From Nitrospirota bacterium (lineage in GTDB: Bacteria > Nitrospirota > UBA9217): a stretch of 64,000 nucleotides of DNA. The position numbers and the translations under genes were made by a program. The DNA lies in assembly GCA_963818475.1 (NCBI GenBank), contig CAWFSF010000002.1, forward strand, positions 128,001-192,000, read 5' to 3'. The number at the start of each line of letters is the position of its first letter. Position 1 is the stretch's first letter. The notes beneath the pieces were generated by a model. The model was given only the letters and a program-made list of their open reading frames with translations, did no database searches and was not told the DNA's origin. Shown in pieces: positions 9,639-19,098 of the stretch.

Positions 9639-10604
9639 TCATTCCTTCGATACTCTCGGGTTCACCGCCACAAACACCACGCTCTGGAAGAGGCTTCCGA
9701 GCCGAACGAAAACGGCGGCCAGGATCGCGATGCCCATGATCACGGGATAGTCCCGGTCCTGGGCCGCCTGCCAGGCCATCCTGCCCATGCCCGGCCAATT
9801 GAACACTTGTTCGACGATGACGGCGCCGCCGAGAATGAAGGGGATCTTGGCCGCGACGATCTCGGTTACCGGGATGAGGAGGCCTTCCTTGAACGAGTGC
9901 CTCCAGACCGAAGCGCCCTTGGCTCGGGCCGTGCGGATGTAGTCCTCGGCCATGACCCTGCCCATTTCGTCGCGCAATGAGCGGATCACCTCACTGATCG
10001 TACCGTTGCCCACGCCGAGCACGAAGATCGGGAGCAGGGCATAGAGCCAGCCGAACGTTTGGGAGGTCGCCGCATAACCGAAGGCCAGGGGGAACAGGCC
10101 GAGCTTGTGTGTAAAGAAATAAATGACGATATAACCGAGCCAGAACACCGGCAGCGCCGATACCACGTAGGCGAACATGGTGAGGGGCCACGAGATCCTG
10201 TTGATGCCGCGCACCACAGAATAGAGCGCGATAGGAACGGCGATCAGGAGTGTGACCAGCATGGACCCGATAGTAAGAATGAGCGTGTTGATCCCGACGT
10301 GCAGGACCTCGCCCAGGACCGGCATGCCGGTCCGGATCGAGGTGCCGAAATTTCCCTTAAGCATATTGGCAAGCCAGGAAAGGTAGCGTGCATACCATGA
10401 TTGGGGAACACCCTGGACCTCGTGCACGCCTGCACGGGATTCACCGGACGACACCTGCCCTTCCAGCAGGGCGCTGAAGGGGTCACCGGGAGAAAGGTAC
10501 AGAATAATGAAGACCACGAAGCTCACCCCGAGCAGCAGGAGCAGCGTGATCGCCACCTCCCGGGAAAGCACCAGGGCTACGGGCCTGATTGCAGATAGTT
10601 TCAA
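9639..10604 (-). CDS. Oligopeptide ABC permease (OppB-like)
   Basis: PGDP, GNFGTS, DYIRTARAKG, EQVFNWPGMG, RDYPVI. Confidence 0.93.
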   Translation of the reverse strand: MKLSAIRPVALVLSREVAITLLLLLGVSFVVFIILYLSPGDPFSALLEGQVSSGESRAGVHEVQGVPQSWYARYLSWLANMLKGNFGTSIRTGMPVLGEVLHVGINTLILTIGSMLVTLLIAVPIALYSVVRGINRISWPLTMFAYVVSALPVFWLGYIVIYFFTHKLGLFPLAFGYAATSQTFGWLYALLPIFVLGVGNGTISEVIRSLRDEMGRVMAEDYIRTARAKGASVWRHSFKEGLLIPVTEIVAAKIPFILGGAVIVEQVFNWPGMGRMAWQAAQDRDYPVIMGIAILAAVFVRLGSLFQSVVFVAVNPRVSKE

Positions 10605-10650
10605 CGGCGGTTATCCTTGATATTCATTCCACATTCCGCATTTCAAAAAC

Positions 10651-10739
10651 CGTCATTGCGAGCGTAGCGAAGCAATCTCGCCGTTCGTATTTGACTGATA
10701 AATCGAGATTGCCGCGTCGCTCTGCTCCTCGCAATGACA
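10651..10739. repeat. CGTC-type palindromic repeat (REP-like dimer)
   Basis: CGTCATTGCGAG..GCAATCTCG / CGAGATTGC..CTCGCAATGAC nested inverted repeats. Confidence 0.8.
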
Positions 10740-10799
10740 GCATTAGGGCTGCGGTTGCAGTTTGCCGCCCTGCTTTTCATTCCGCAATCCGAAATTGAA

Positions 10800-12414
10800 T
10801 CACTTCTGGTTCTTCTCCTCCAAGAACCACTCATCGGCAAAGGAGAAGAACTTGTACGGATGGATCGCCACGCGGCGGATCTTCTTATGGTATGCCGCGT
10901 AGTTCGTGAGCGTCCAGAGGAAGGTATAAGGGTTCTCCTCTGCCAGAATGGCATGCAGTTTGCGGTTGATGGTCCGCCGCTTCTCGTGGTCCAGCGTGAG
11001 CTTGCTTTCGTTGATCAGGCCGTCCACCTCGGGGTTCGAGTAGCCGATGAAGTTGTTCTTATGCAGCCCGATCTCGGCCGAGTGGAACAAGGACGAGATA
11101 TCCGCCGAATCATCGAAGACCCAGGAGGCGAAGACGATATCAAAATCATGCTCCTGGAACACGTCCTCTTTCCAGGCATACCACTCCTTGAACTCGACCT
11201 TGACGTCCACGCCGACGTTCTTGAGATAGTTCTTGAACGCGAGCACCACGCGCTTCACCGCCTCGCTTTCCTTCTCGATCGGCACCTTGAGGGTCAAGGA
11301 CAGCCGCTTGCCCGACTTCTCCATGATGCCGTCGGCGCCCCGGGTGAAACCCGCTTCCTGCAGGAGCGCTTTCGACTTTTCAGGATCGAACGCGAGGGGC
11401 TGCACGTCGAGATTGTAGGCCCAGCTTCCCGGCGCGAAGGGTCCGGAAATGATCGTCCCCTGGCCGTTAAAGAAGGCGTCGAGCATCTCCTGCCGGTTCA
11501 CGGCATGGGTGAAGGCCCTGCGCACGCGCGCATCGGCAAGCAGCGGGTTCCGCAGGTTGTAGCCGAAGAACGAGTAGGAGAGCGCGTTGTAAGGCTGCAG
11601 GATGAAGCGCTTGTCTCCCTGGATCTCAGGGATGTCCCGCGGGTTCACGAGCACGATCATATCGATGGCGTTGAACATGAGCGCCTGCGTCATGATGTTC
11701 TGGTCCGCAAAGGGCTTTGCCGCCAGCTTGTCGATATGGGGCCGCCCCTTGAAATAGTCTTCGTTGGCAACCAGCACGATCTCCCGCTCGGCCGTAACGT
11801 CCTTCAGCATATAGGGGCCGGTGCCGATGGGATTCTGAACAAAGGGGTCTTCCCGGGTGAGGTACAGGGAATTGGTCGGGCCGTGCTTGGGGATGATCTT
11901 GAAGCTGAACTTTGCAAGGGCGTTCAGGATCGGCCGTTTGAGCGTGAACTTCACGGTCGCGTCGTCGATCTTTTCGACACGGGAGATGAACTCGTAGCGC
12001 ACCTTGAGCGGCGTGATGGTCCTGGGGTGCATCATGATATTGTACGTGAAGACCACATCGTCGGCCGTGAACGGCTTCGGCTGTTCGCCTTCGCGCGGGT
12101 GCCAGGTCACGTCCTTGCGCAGGTGGAAGATGTAGGTGTTCCGGTCCGGCGTCTCCCACTTCTCCGCCAGCTCCGGAACGATTTCCTGCTTTTCGTTGAT
12201 GCCCACGAGGCCGTTGAAAATCAGCTCCGTGAGCCGCAAGCGAGATCATCTCGTTGCTCGTGATGGGGTCAAGGGTCGCCGGCCGGCCGTATTCGCCGTA
12301 GCTGAGGCTGCCCCCGTCCGGCCGGTGGTCTTTCTTACTGGCTGCCCCTGCAGGGGCCACTGCGATTATGGCCATGGAAACGATCAAAAGTAGAACCACC
12401 AGTATACGTTTCAT
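10800..12414 (-). CDS. Family 5 solute-binding protein (OppA/DppA-like); indel near 12240
   Basis: Signal peptide and PATLDPITS in ORF 12414; continuation LIFNGLV..PELAEKW, FTADDVVFT, PIGTGPY in ORF 10800-12239. Confidence 0.92.
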
Positions 12415-12430
12415 ATGCTCCTCCTCAGAT

Positions 12431-12516
12431 TCGAATTCGGAATGCCGAATGCGGAATACGAAAACAAAAGGACATGCCTTCGTTCTTACCGCATTCCGAA
12501 TTTCGCATTCCGCATT
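12431..12516. repeat. Heptamer-built inverted repeat (GCGGAAT/ATTCCGC)
   Basis: TCGGAAT GCCGAAT GCGGAAT ... ATTCCGA ATTTCGC ATTCCGC; related units at 9603-9635 and 10625-10642. Confidence 0.75.
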
Positions 12517-12520
12517 AGGT

Positions 12521-14008
12521 TCAATTGATCTTCACATCCCCTGCGCTCTTGTGCTCCATGGCATACACTCCCTGCATGGCCTCCTGGAGCTGGCGCACTT
12601 CAGGAAACTGTTTGCTCATCTCGAAATAGATCTCAAGGGCTTCGGAGAATTTTTTGGTCCTGAAATAGGCATCAGCAAGACTTACGAGCATCTCTGGATC
12701 GTTCGATTCTATCTTGTTCTTGTTGCTCTTGTCGCGGCCTGCCTCAAGATAGGTGACCGCCCGCGCAGTATCCAGCCTGCCAAGATAGTATTTACCCAGC
12801 GCGATATTCAGGGTCGAGAATTTCCTGCCCTCACCTGCTTCAACCGCTGCCGCGCTCCGCCGGGCCGCATTCGAACATTCTGCTTTCAATCGTCTGCAGG
12901 AGAACAGTATCTCTGCGAGCACGTCAGGGTCCTGGGATGGTTTCCCGGCAAGCTCGTCCCAGACCTTCATGGCATCCGTTTTCCGATTCATAGAGTACAA
13001 ATTGGCAGCCTGCAGCACCCGTGCCTGATCCTTGAACTGCTGGGGCAGCTGGGCAGTTGCAAGGAACGAATCAGCAGTCTTCCTGGACCGGTCCGCTGAT
13101 CCGAACAAAGCGTAAGCCTGTCCGAGGTAGAACTCAGCGGAACCCTTGACCTTGGCGTCGGCAGCGGCCTTTTCGAGACAGGCAATGCTCGCCTGTCCAT
13201 AGAGCGAGGCCATGTCGTCCAGCAAAGAAAGATCGTAAAAATTGATGACCTTTGACTTGCCCAGCGTCTCCCGATAGGAGAAGGCTTTCAGGTCGGCACG
13301 CTTGAGCAGATCCAAGCCCTTCTCGGTCAAGCCGGCCCGCGCGTAGACCGCGAGGAGGTTCTTCACCATCCTTATGGAGAGCGGCTTTCCGCGCTTCGTC
13401 TGGCTGGCAAGGCTTTCCTCCGCCAGCGCCAGCGGATCCTTGTCCTTGAGCCCCGCCCTGCTGTACGCCGCTGCCAGCTCGGCTTTCACCTCGGGATCGG
13501 CGGAATCGATGGCCGCCCAGAGCGGCGCCGCCTTCGCCGCCTCATTGCCTGCCTGATAGCTCAGTCCGAGACGCACCTGGGCGATCGCCTGGTACTGCGG
13601 GTTCAGTCCTTCATTGGCAAGGAACTGCCTGAGATAGATCGCGGCAACATCGGCCTTGCCGGCCTCGATCAGTGCATCGCCCATGTACAGATCAACAAAA
13701 CGGCTCCGGCTGCTCCCCCGAAGGGCCGATAGCTTTTTCAGATAGTCCTGCGATGCCCATGCCGAGGCCAGGTAGAGCTCGCGGTGCAGCACCGCGTTCT
13801 TAAAATAGGTCATGCCGAGCGCAAGGTTCAGTGAACCCTGTTTGGCCTGGCCGAGCGATGCGGCATTGGAGCGAAGCAGACCGGCTGCTTCGTCATAGTG
13901 CCGCTTTTCATAGAGTTTCACCGCTTTGGTCACGATATCGTCGGCCCCAGAGGCTTGCGCCGCGATAATAAGGCTCATCGATACAAAAAATAACACGAAA
14001 CGTCCCAT
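12521..14008 (-). CDS. Secreted TPR-repeat protein
   Basis: Signal peptide (AQASGA); several TPR-like helices (LALGMTYFK, FYLGQAY, LADAYFRTKKFSEALEIY). Confidence 0.8.
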   Translation of the reverse strand: MGRFVLFFVSMSLIIAAQASGADDIVTKAVKLYEKRHYDEAAGLLRSNAASLGQAKQGSLNLALGMTYFKNAVLHRELYLASAWASQDYLKKLSALRGSSRSRFVDLYMGDALIEAGKADVAAIYLRQFLANEGLNPQYQAIAQVRLGLSYQAGNEAAKAAPLWAAIDSADPEVKAELAAAYSRAGLKDKDPLALAEESLASQTKRGKPLSIRMVKNLLAVYARAGLTEKGLDLLKRADLKAFSYRETLGKSKVINFYDLSLLDDMASLYGQASIACLEKAAADAKVKGSAEFYLGQAYALFGSADRSRKTADSFLATAQLPQQFKDQARVLQAANLYSMNRKTDAMKVWDELAGKPSQDPDVLAEILFSCRRLKAECSNAARRSAAAVEAGEGRKFSTLNIALGKYYLGRLDTARAVTYLEAGRDKSNKNKIESNDPEMLVSLADAYFRTKKFSEALEIYFEMSKQFPEVRQLQEAMQGVYAMEHKSAGDVKIN

Positions 14009-14026
14009 TCCAACTCCTATCCGTTC

Positions 14027-14054
14027 TGTGGGGGCGGTTTAGAACCCCCGCTAC
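14027..14054 (-). repeat. GTAG-type REP-like palindrome overlapping the stop codon
   Basis: Minus strand GTAG-CGGGGG-TTCTAAAC-CGCCCCC. Confidence 0.5.
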
Positions 14055-15355
14055 TTCAATTTCATGGTATAGATCTGGTCCCACTGATCGACCTGTGCTC
14101 GGAACGCGATGCTCCCGTCCGCTGAGCAGGCGACATCGTGGTTCATCTTCGTGTCTGTTTTGATCGGTGCGATCGTCTTCTGCACCACATCGGCAATATA
14201 GAGCGGATTGTATTCCTGCCGGTCGTTCTTCACGAAGACGATATGGCTGCTGTCGGGCATCCAGGCCGGCCCTGTTTCCACGTCGGGGATGATATCCGCT
14301 GCCACGACCTTTGCAGCAAGGCCTTCTCCTGCGGAAGGGTCCGTGCCGTCGGCTGCAACCACGAAGATCGACCAGATCTTCGGGTCTTCTGCCGCGTTGT
14401 GATTGGAATAGAACGCGATCTTTCGGCCATCGGGCGACCAGACCGGCCGCAGGTCGTCAGAGGCCCAGGTCGTGATGCGCATCTGCGACTCCGTTGGCCT
14501 TGCCACGTCATTAATTACGAGGATGTCATGGTTCTCGTTGCTGCCGTACATCGTGGCGATCTTTCCGCCGTCCGGCGACCACTTGGGGTAGAGGTATGCT
14601 TTCCCTCCCCGGGTCAGGCGCGTAAGCGCCCGGGACAACAGGTCCATTCTATAGAGGTCGCCGTTACCGGTGCGGCCCGACACGAACACCAAGCGATCGG
14701 CGGCAGGAGACCACTGCACCTGTCCGTCCTTCTCCTTATGCTCCGTAAGCCGCGTCGCGGCTTCCCCGCCGAGGTCCTGGAAGAAGAGGTCGTAGTTGCC
14801 CTCGCCGCCGTTGCTCATGAACACAAAGCCGTTCTCCCGGGGCGACCAGCTGATGCCGGCATTGTAGCTCGTCTCTTCCGATACCCCGGGGAAGAAGAAC
14901 TTGACGTTATTCCCGCCCGATGAAAGCAGGGAATAGACCGTCTGGACGGGCGTACCGTCAGGCAGCACGATATGGATCTCCCGTTTGTCACCCACGCTCC
15001 GTTCAAAGGTGATGAGCGTGCCTTGCGGCGACCACTGGGGGTTCGAATCGTTGCGTCCCTGCTCGATGGCCACCAGCGGCCTGACGAACAGGGGCACCAG
15101 TGCCTGGGGCTTTTTTTCTTCAGGTTGTGCTTCCGTCCCTGTCCCGGCAGATACAACTCCCGCAGGTGCACCAGGAAGCGGAACCGCAGCGCTGTTCGCT
15201 GCAGCTCCATGCTGTCCGGTTCCCGTGACAGTCGTAGTTGCCGCTGACGAGATGGGATCATCGGCCATCCCTGCACGCGGCTGGAGCAACAACATCAGAA
15301 CAACTCCCAAACCGCCAAAACACTTCCTTGCCTTCACGCCGTGAACCTCCTGCAC
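14051..15355 (-). CDS. TolB-like beta-propeller protein (PD40 repeats), exported
   Basis: Repeated PxWSPDG motifs (PQWSPQG, PKWSPDGG, PVWSPDGR, PAWMPDS); signal peptide then an Ala/Thr/Pro-rich linker. Confidence 0.88.
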   Translation of the reverse strand: MQEVHGVKARKCFGGLGVVLMLLLQPRAGMADDPISSAATTTVTGTGQHGAAANSAAVPLPGAPAGVVSAGTGTEAQPEEKKPQALVPLFVRPLVAIEQGRNDSNPQWSPQGTLITFERSVGDKREIHIVLPDGTPVQTVYSLLSSGGNNVKFFFPGVSEETSYNAGISWSPRENGFVFMSNGGEGNYDLFFQDLGGEAATRLTEHKEKDGQVQWSPAADRLVFVSGRTGNGDLYRMDLLSRALTRLTRGGKAYLYPKWSPDGGKIATMYGSNENHDILVINDVARPTESQMRITTWASDDLRPVWSPDGRKIAFYSNHNAAEDPKIWSIFVVAADGTDPSAGEGLAAKVVAADIIPDVETGPAWMPDSSHIVFVKNDRQEYNPLYIADVVQKTIAPIKTDTKMNHDVACSADGSIAFRAQVDQWDQIYTMKLK

Positions 15356-15358
15356 ATC

Positions 15359-17935
15359 CTAAAGGTTCTTGATCTGGTCCCAGTATTTCTCTGCTGTCTC
15401 GCGGGCCTGCTCAAAGGTGCTGTTCCCTTCGAGCTTTTTTGGGAAGAAGTCAAAGTACTCGCGCCACGCCAGGTTTGCGTCATTCAGGAGGTTGCCCTTC
15501 CGCGTGAGCTGATAGAGTTTGTGGTACGACAAAGCCGTGTAGTAGTAGGTGTCGTGCACGGCCTCGTCATAGCGGTCATTCGGGAAGAACCGGGTGTTCT
15601 GTTTTGCTTTCTGGAGGTTCTGGATGGCCCTGGCAAAGCTCACTGCAGCCGCGTCCTTGTCCTTCGGCACCAGAGCGCTGCCTTTTTCATAATAGGCGTG
15701 TCCCAGGTTCATGAAGGCCACGGAGAACTGCTTGAACACCAGCTGCTGGTTCTCGGGCAAAGACAGCACGTTCTCGAACTCGCGGATGGCGCTGTCGAAA
15801 TCGCCTTTGTCGTCCAGATAGACCTGCGCCAGCCGGTGATGGGTCTCCGAATAGTCCGGATGGCCCTTCTCGGTGCTCTGGTACGCATTGATCGCAGCGT
15901 CAAAGTCTCCCTTCTGCTCCGCCCGTGCGCCGATCTTCAGATAATCCTTCGGCAGGTTGATCTTCGCGCTGCCCGTGCGGTTCTCTTCCTTCTTTGAGAA
16001 CTCCATGACCTCTTCCCAGTCGCGGTAGTCGCCGCCGACCGAGACCCTGACGGTGTGGAAACCCAGGGTAACCGGCTTCCCCTCGCGGATCGGGGTGCTG
16101 CCGATCTTCTCTCCATCCACAAACACCTCTGCACCCGATGGCTCCGATTCGACCTTGAACACCGCATTATTGACCGCCAGCGTGAAATCCTTCGCGTCTT
16201 TGTTCTTTTCGATCTTCACTGTCTCGGTCAGTTGCTGGTAGCCGTGCCGGTAGAGCACGAGAGTGAGGTTCTTGTTCAGGCGCACCGGGACCTCGGCCTT
16301 GCCGTCGCTCCCGGTCGTACCGAGCCATTCGTTGTTCACGTAGATATTCACGCCTGCAAGCGGGGAAACGTCGGGAGGCAGGCCGCCCCTGGCGGAAAGG
16401 ATGAAAGTGTTGCGGGCGCTCTCTTCCTCTCCTTCATGATAGATGCGCCGCACCACCCGGTCGCCGATCTCGATCTTTGCGCCTTTTTTAAGATCCAGGA
16501 CCTCGGTCCAGGAGCCGTTCCCTTCGGTCTTCTTGACCTGCAGCCTGCCGGTCTCGCGGTAACCCGAGACCTTGCCGTCCGCATTGAGCTGCGGAGACAT
16601 GAGCGTGAAGTCCGTTCCCTTGCTGATCTTGTAGTCCGCCCTGCCGAGGTTGATGCGGTAGCGTTCATCGTCGACGGCGATCACCGTGCCTTCGAAGGGG
16701 AACCGTCCGAGCACCGCGGCGGCGATCTCCTTGGCCGCGCTGTTGATGTTGTCGGCGCTCTTGGCCCGCGTGAGCTGGCTCAGGATGAGCTTTCCGCCCG
16801 ATGTGTAGAACTTGGTCTCGATCAGGTAGCCTTTGTCGTCCTTGGCAACGCTGCCGAGGACGATCATGTCCACGGTCTTGCGCAGCGGCGTTTCGCGCCA
16901 TCCCTTCACGGTGATCTTGTCGATATTCAAGCGCGCGCGCTTCATGTCCGCCTGGAGCGTTTTGGAAGGCACTTCACGGAAGCAGGTGTTCTTGAAGAGC
17001 TGTGCTGCCAAAGCAGTCTCGGTCTGGGACACGATATCCTGAAGGTCGACGTTCGGCGTGTTGCCCGCGAACCGGTAGATGCCGGCCCGGATCTGCTTCG
17101 GCGTGCTGGGGTAGAAATAGTGCTCGATTGTGACCTCGCCCTCAAGCGTGATCGTGGTTTTCCACACCCCGGGGATTGAGCCGGGTGCCGAGAGCGACAA
17201 GGGCACTTTCTTGCCCGGTTCGCCGTCGTAGGTGTAGGTAAAGACGCCTTTGGCGTCGGTCTTGCCTTCGGTCTTTTTGTTGATGGCCACCACAACACCC
17301 GGGATGCCGCTCGTCTGCCCATACTCTTCCCTGAGCGCGCGGACCGTGACGATCACGCGCTTGGAAAGGGCGGCTTCGATCGTCTGGCCAGGCTCCACCG
17401 GGCCGGTCCTGCGCCAGGTGGCATAGCCGGACTTCGTCACCGCAAGGTCCAGGCCTGCCTTGGGCTGATCCTTGTACTCGTACACGAACAAACCCTGCGC
17501 ATCGGTCTTGCCGGCTTCCGTGCCCGCGGCCATGACGATTGCGTCCTGAATCGCCGTTCCCATTTCGGCGGCCTTGATCGTAATGTACCGTGTTGCTTCG
17601 AGCTCCGCGGAAAGGGGATAGGTTTCGACGCTGCCTGACTTGGGCAGTTTCATAAGAAACGTGCCCTTCCAGGGCTTGATGCGGTAGCCAGGCAACTCTC
17701 TGGCAGTGACGACCACCTCCACATCAGCGCCCGGCTTTTTCCTGATCGTCTTCGTAAAAATCCCGTCCGCACCGGTGAAGCCCTGCTCCTCGTTGTCCAC
17801 CGTTACTGTTGCCTGTGCCGCCGGTTGGCCATCAAGGCGGGCCATTACCTTCAGTTCGAGCTTCTCGCCCGCGCAGGCAAAGAGCAGGGATGACGCCGCC
17901 ATCACAAGAACTGTCCTGAATACACGCTTCATCAT
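15359..17935 (-). CDS. Large lipoprotein: repeated beta-sandwich domains, central alpha/beta + beta-barrel (CsgG/FlgT-like) module, PEGA domain, C-terminal TPRs
   Basis: Lipobox LFAC; repeated GKTDAxG motifs; VESEPSGAEVFVDGEKIGSTP (PEGA); TPR helices (HHRLAQVY, FMNLGHAYY). The FlgT-like call is my motif impression only. Confidence 0.78.
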   Translation of the reverse strand: MMKRVFRTVLVMAASSLLFACAGEKLELKVMARLDGQPAAQATVTVDNEEQGFTGADGIFTKTIRKKPGADVEVVVTARELPGYRIKPWKGTFLMKLPKSGSVETYPLSAELEATRYITIKAAEMGTAIQDAIVMAAGTEAGKTDAQGLFVYEYKDQPKAGLDLAVTKSGYATWRRTGPVEPGQTIEAALSKRVIVTVRALREEYGQTSGIPGVVVAINKKTEGKTDAKGVFTYTYDGEPGKKVPLSLSAPGSIPGVWKTTITLEGEVTIEHYFYPSTPKQIRAGIYRFAGNTPNVDLQDIVSQTETALAAQLFKNTCFREVPSKTLQADMKRARLNIDKITVKGWRETPLRKTVDMIVLGSVAKDDKGYLIETKFYTSGGKLILSQLTRAKSADNINSAAKEIAAAVLGRFPFEGTVIAVDDERYRINLGRADYKISKGTDFTLMSPQLNADGKVSGYRETGRLQVKKTEGNGSWTEVLDLKKGAKIEIGDRVVRRIYHEGEEESARNTFILSARGGLPPDVSPLAGVNIYVNNEWLGTTGSDGKAEVPVRLNKNLTLVLYRHGYQQLTETVKIEKNKDAKDFTLAVNNAVFKVESEPSGAEVFVDGEKIGSTPIREGKPVTLGFHTVRVSVGGDYRDWEEVMEFSKKEENRTGSAKINLPKDYLKIGARAEQKGDFDAAINAYQSTEKGHPDYSETHHRLAQVYLDDKGDFDSAIREFENVLSLPENQQLVFKQFSVAFMNLGHAYYEKGSALVPKDKDAAAVSFARAIQNLQKAKQNTRFFPNDRYDEAVHDTYYYTALSYHKLYQLTRKGNLLNDANLAWREYFDFFPKKLEGNSTFEQARETAEKYWDQIKNL

Positions 17936-18003
17936 ACGAGGCCTCCGTAGAGCTTAAATATTTGAAACATCACACGCTTATACACGTACGGAAAAGTCAT
18001 AAT

Positions 18004-18075
18004 TACCACAGCGACACAGAGGCACAGAGAGAAGCGATCTGAAATCCTAATTTTTTCCTCTGTGTCTCTGTGGTG
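18004..18075. repeat. Inverted repeat of the CACAGAG family
   Basis: ACCACAGCGACACAGAGGCACAGAG ... CTCTGTGTCTCTGTGGT. Confidence 0.7.
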
Positions 18076-18108
18076 AAATGTTTTTTTGTTCTTTTCCTTG
18101 CGAGGAGC

Positions 18109-18558
18109 CTACATGGTCGGCGGCTGGATATTGACCTCGCCGGGGTTTACGATCTTGTCCTCGTCGGACTTTGAGCCTTCGATGCTCCTGCGCGTGCTCT
18201 CGGGGATCTTCTTGATCCTGAAGTCAGCCTTCTTGCCGCCGAACTTCGAGACCTCCAGAGACTGCGTCTCGGTCATATAACCGATCCTGCTCACTTCCAC
18301 TTTATAGAGGCCGGGAACAATGGCGTCCTTGGCGGATTCGTATTTCCCTTCCTTGTTGACCACAACGGAGTGGGACGCTTTTTCCAGGCTCGTCGAGGTA
18401 TTGATCAAGTTCACCACGGTTCCCTCTGGGAGTTCTTTGGTCAATGGAACGGGCTGCAGGGCGGCATCCACCAGCTGCACCGTACCGTAGATGCGGGGCG
18501 AACAGGCCGGCAGCACGGCAATAAGACAGGCACACACGAACAGGATCGAACGATTCAT
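18109..18558 (-). CDS. Small lipoprotein with carboxypeptidase-regulatory-like beta-sandwich
   Basis: Lipobox LPAC; IYGTVQLV...EGKYES...PGLYKVEVSRIGY pattern; SD GGAGG. Confidence 0.8.
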   Translation of the reverse strand: MNRSILFVCACLIAVLPACSPRIYGTVQLVDAALQPVPLTKELPEGTVVNLINTSTSLEKASHSVVVNKEGKYESAKDAIVPGLYKVEVSRIGYMTETQSLEVSKFGGKKADFRIKKIPESTRRSIEGSKSDEDKIVNPGEVNIQPPTM

Positions 18559-18614
18559 GATCTTCTCCCTCCTGGAGCGTAAATTACAACAGCCGGCATC
18601 GAAGCGTTATCGTT

Positions 18615-18664
18615 TGAAAACAAAAAACCGCCAAAGAGCTCATGAGAAATGATATCTTTGGCGG
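18615..18664 (-). terminator. Intrinsic terminator forming the riboswitch expression platform
   Basis: CCGCCAAAGA...TCTTTGGCGG followed by TTTTTTGTTTT; its 5' arm is the 3' strand of aptamer P1. Confidence 0.85.
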
Positions 18665-18790
18665 CTCGACTGGCGTATAAAACAGCGACAGCTTCCCGGG
18701 TGAAATGGTACACTCGGATGCAAAGTCTGTTTTACGTAGCTTCGTGGCTCTGCGCCCCACGGTTTCCCGTGGTTTGCTCTGAGCAAAGTC
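18656..18790 (-). ncRNA. GEMM-I (c-di-GMP-I family) riboswitch, A20 variant
   Basis: CTTTG..AGAGCAAACCACGG-GAAA-CCGTGGGGCGCAGAGCCAC.. long P3 (TAAAACAG/CTGTTTTA) ..GCCGCCAAAG; P1 CTTTG/CAAAG. Confidence 0.88.
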
Positions 18791-18818
18791 ATAGGGTATG
18801 GCACAGCTTCGTAGAAAG

Positions 18819-18847
18819 AATTTAGCACGAGTGTTAGAGCTTGTCAA
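18819..18847 (-). promoter_or_regulatory. sigma70-type promoter of the riboswitch-led operon
   Basis: TTGACA-17-TAAATT with extended TG. Confidence 0.7.
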
Positions 18848-19098
18848 GGGAGCAACAACATTATGCAATTCCCCTGCAGCACGCTGTTGTCGCAATAAAG
18901 CGCATGTTTTGATGCCGCCATAAGACCGCGGACGCGTTGTTCCAAAGCGAATGATTCTGAACAGAAGCGACCTCTCCGCAGAACCTGTTAAATGATCGCT
19001 CGAAAAAATTATAAAAAACCATTGCCAGCGAGCCGCTGCTGATGTATTATGCGTGGTTGCGTCACCTGCCTCCCCGGACGGCGCTTGAAAGGAATATC

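Noticed and set aside
1163-12263. Long antisense ORFs (e.g. 1163-2257, 3198-4274, 10734-12263)
   Set aside because: Shadow frames of well-supported GC-rich genes on the opposite strand.
18584-18895. 103-aa and 62-aa ORFs upstream of the lipoprotein
   Set aside because: They overlap the promoter, riboswitch and terminator and have no recognisable protein features.
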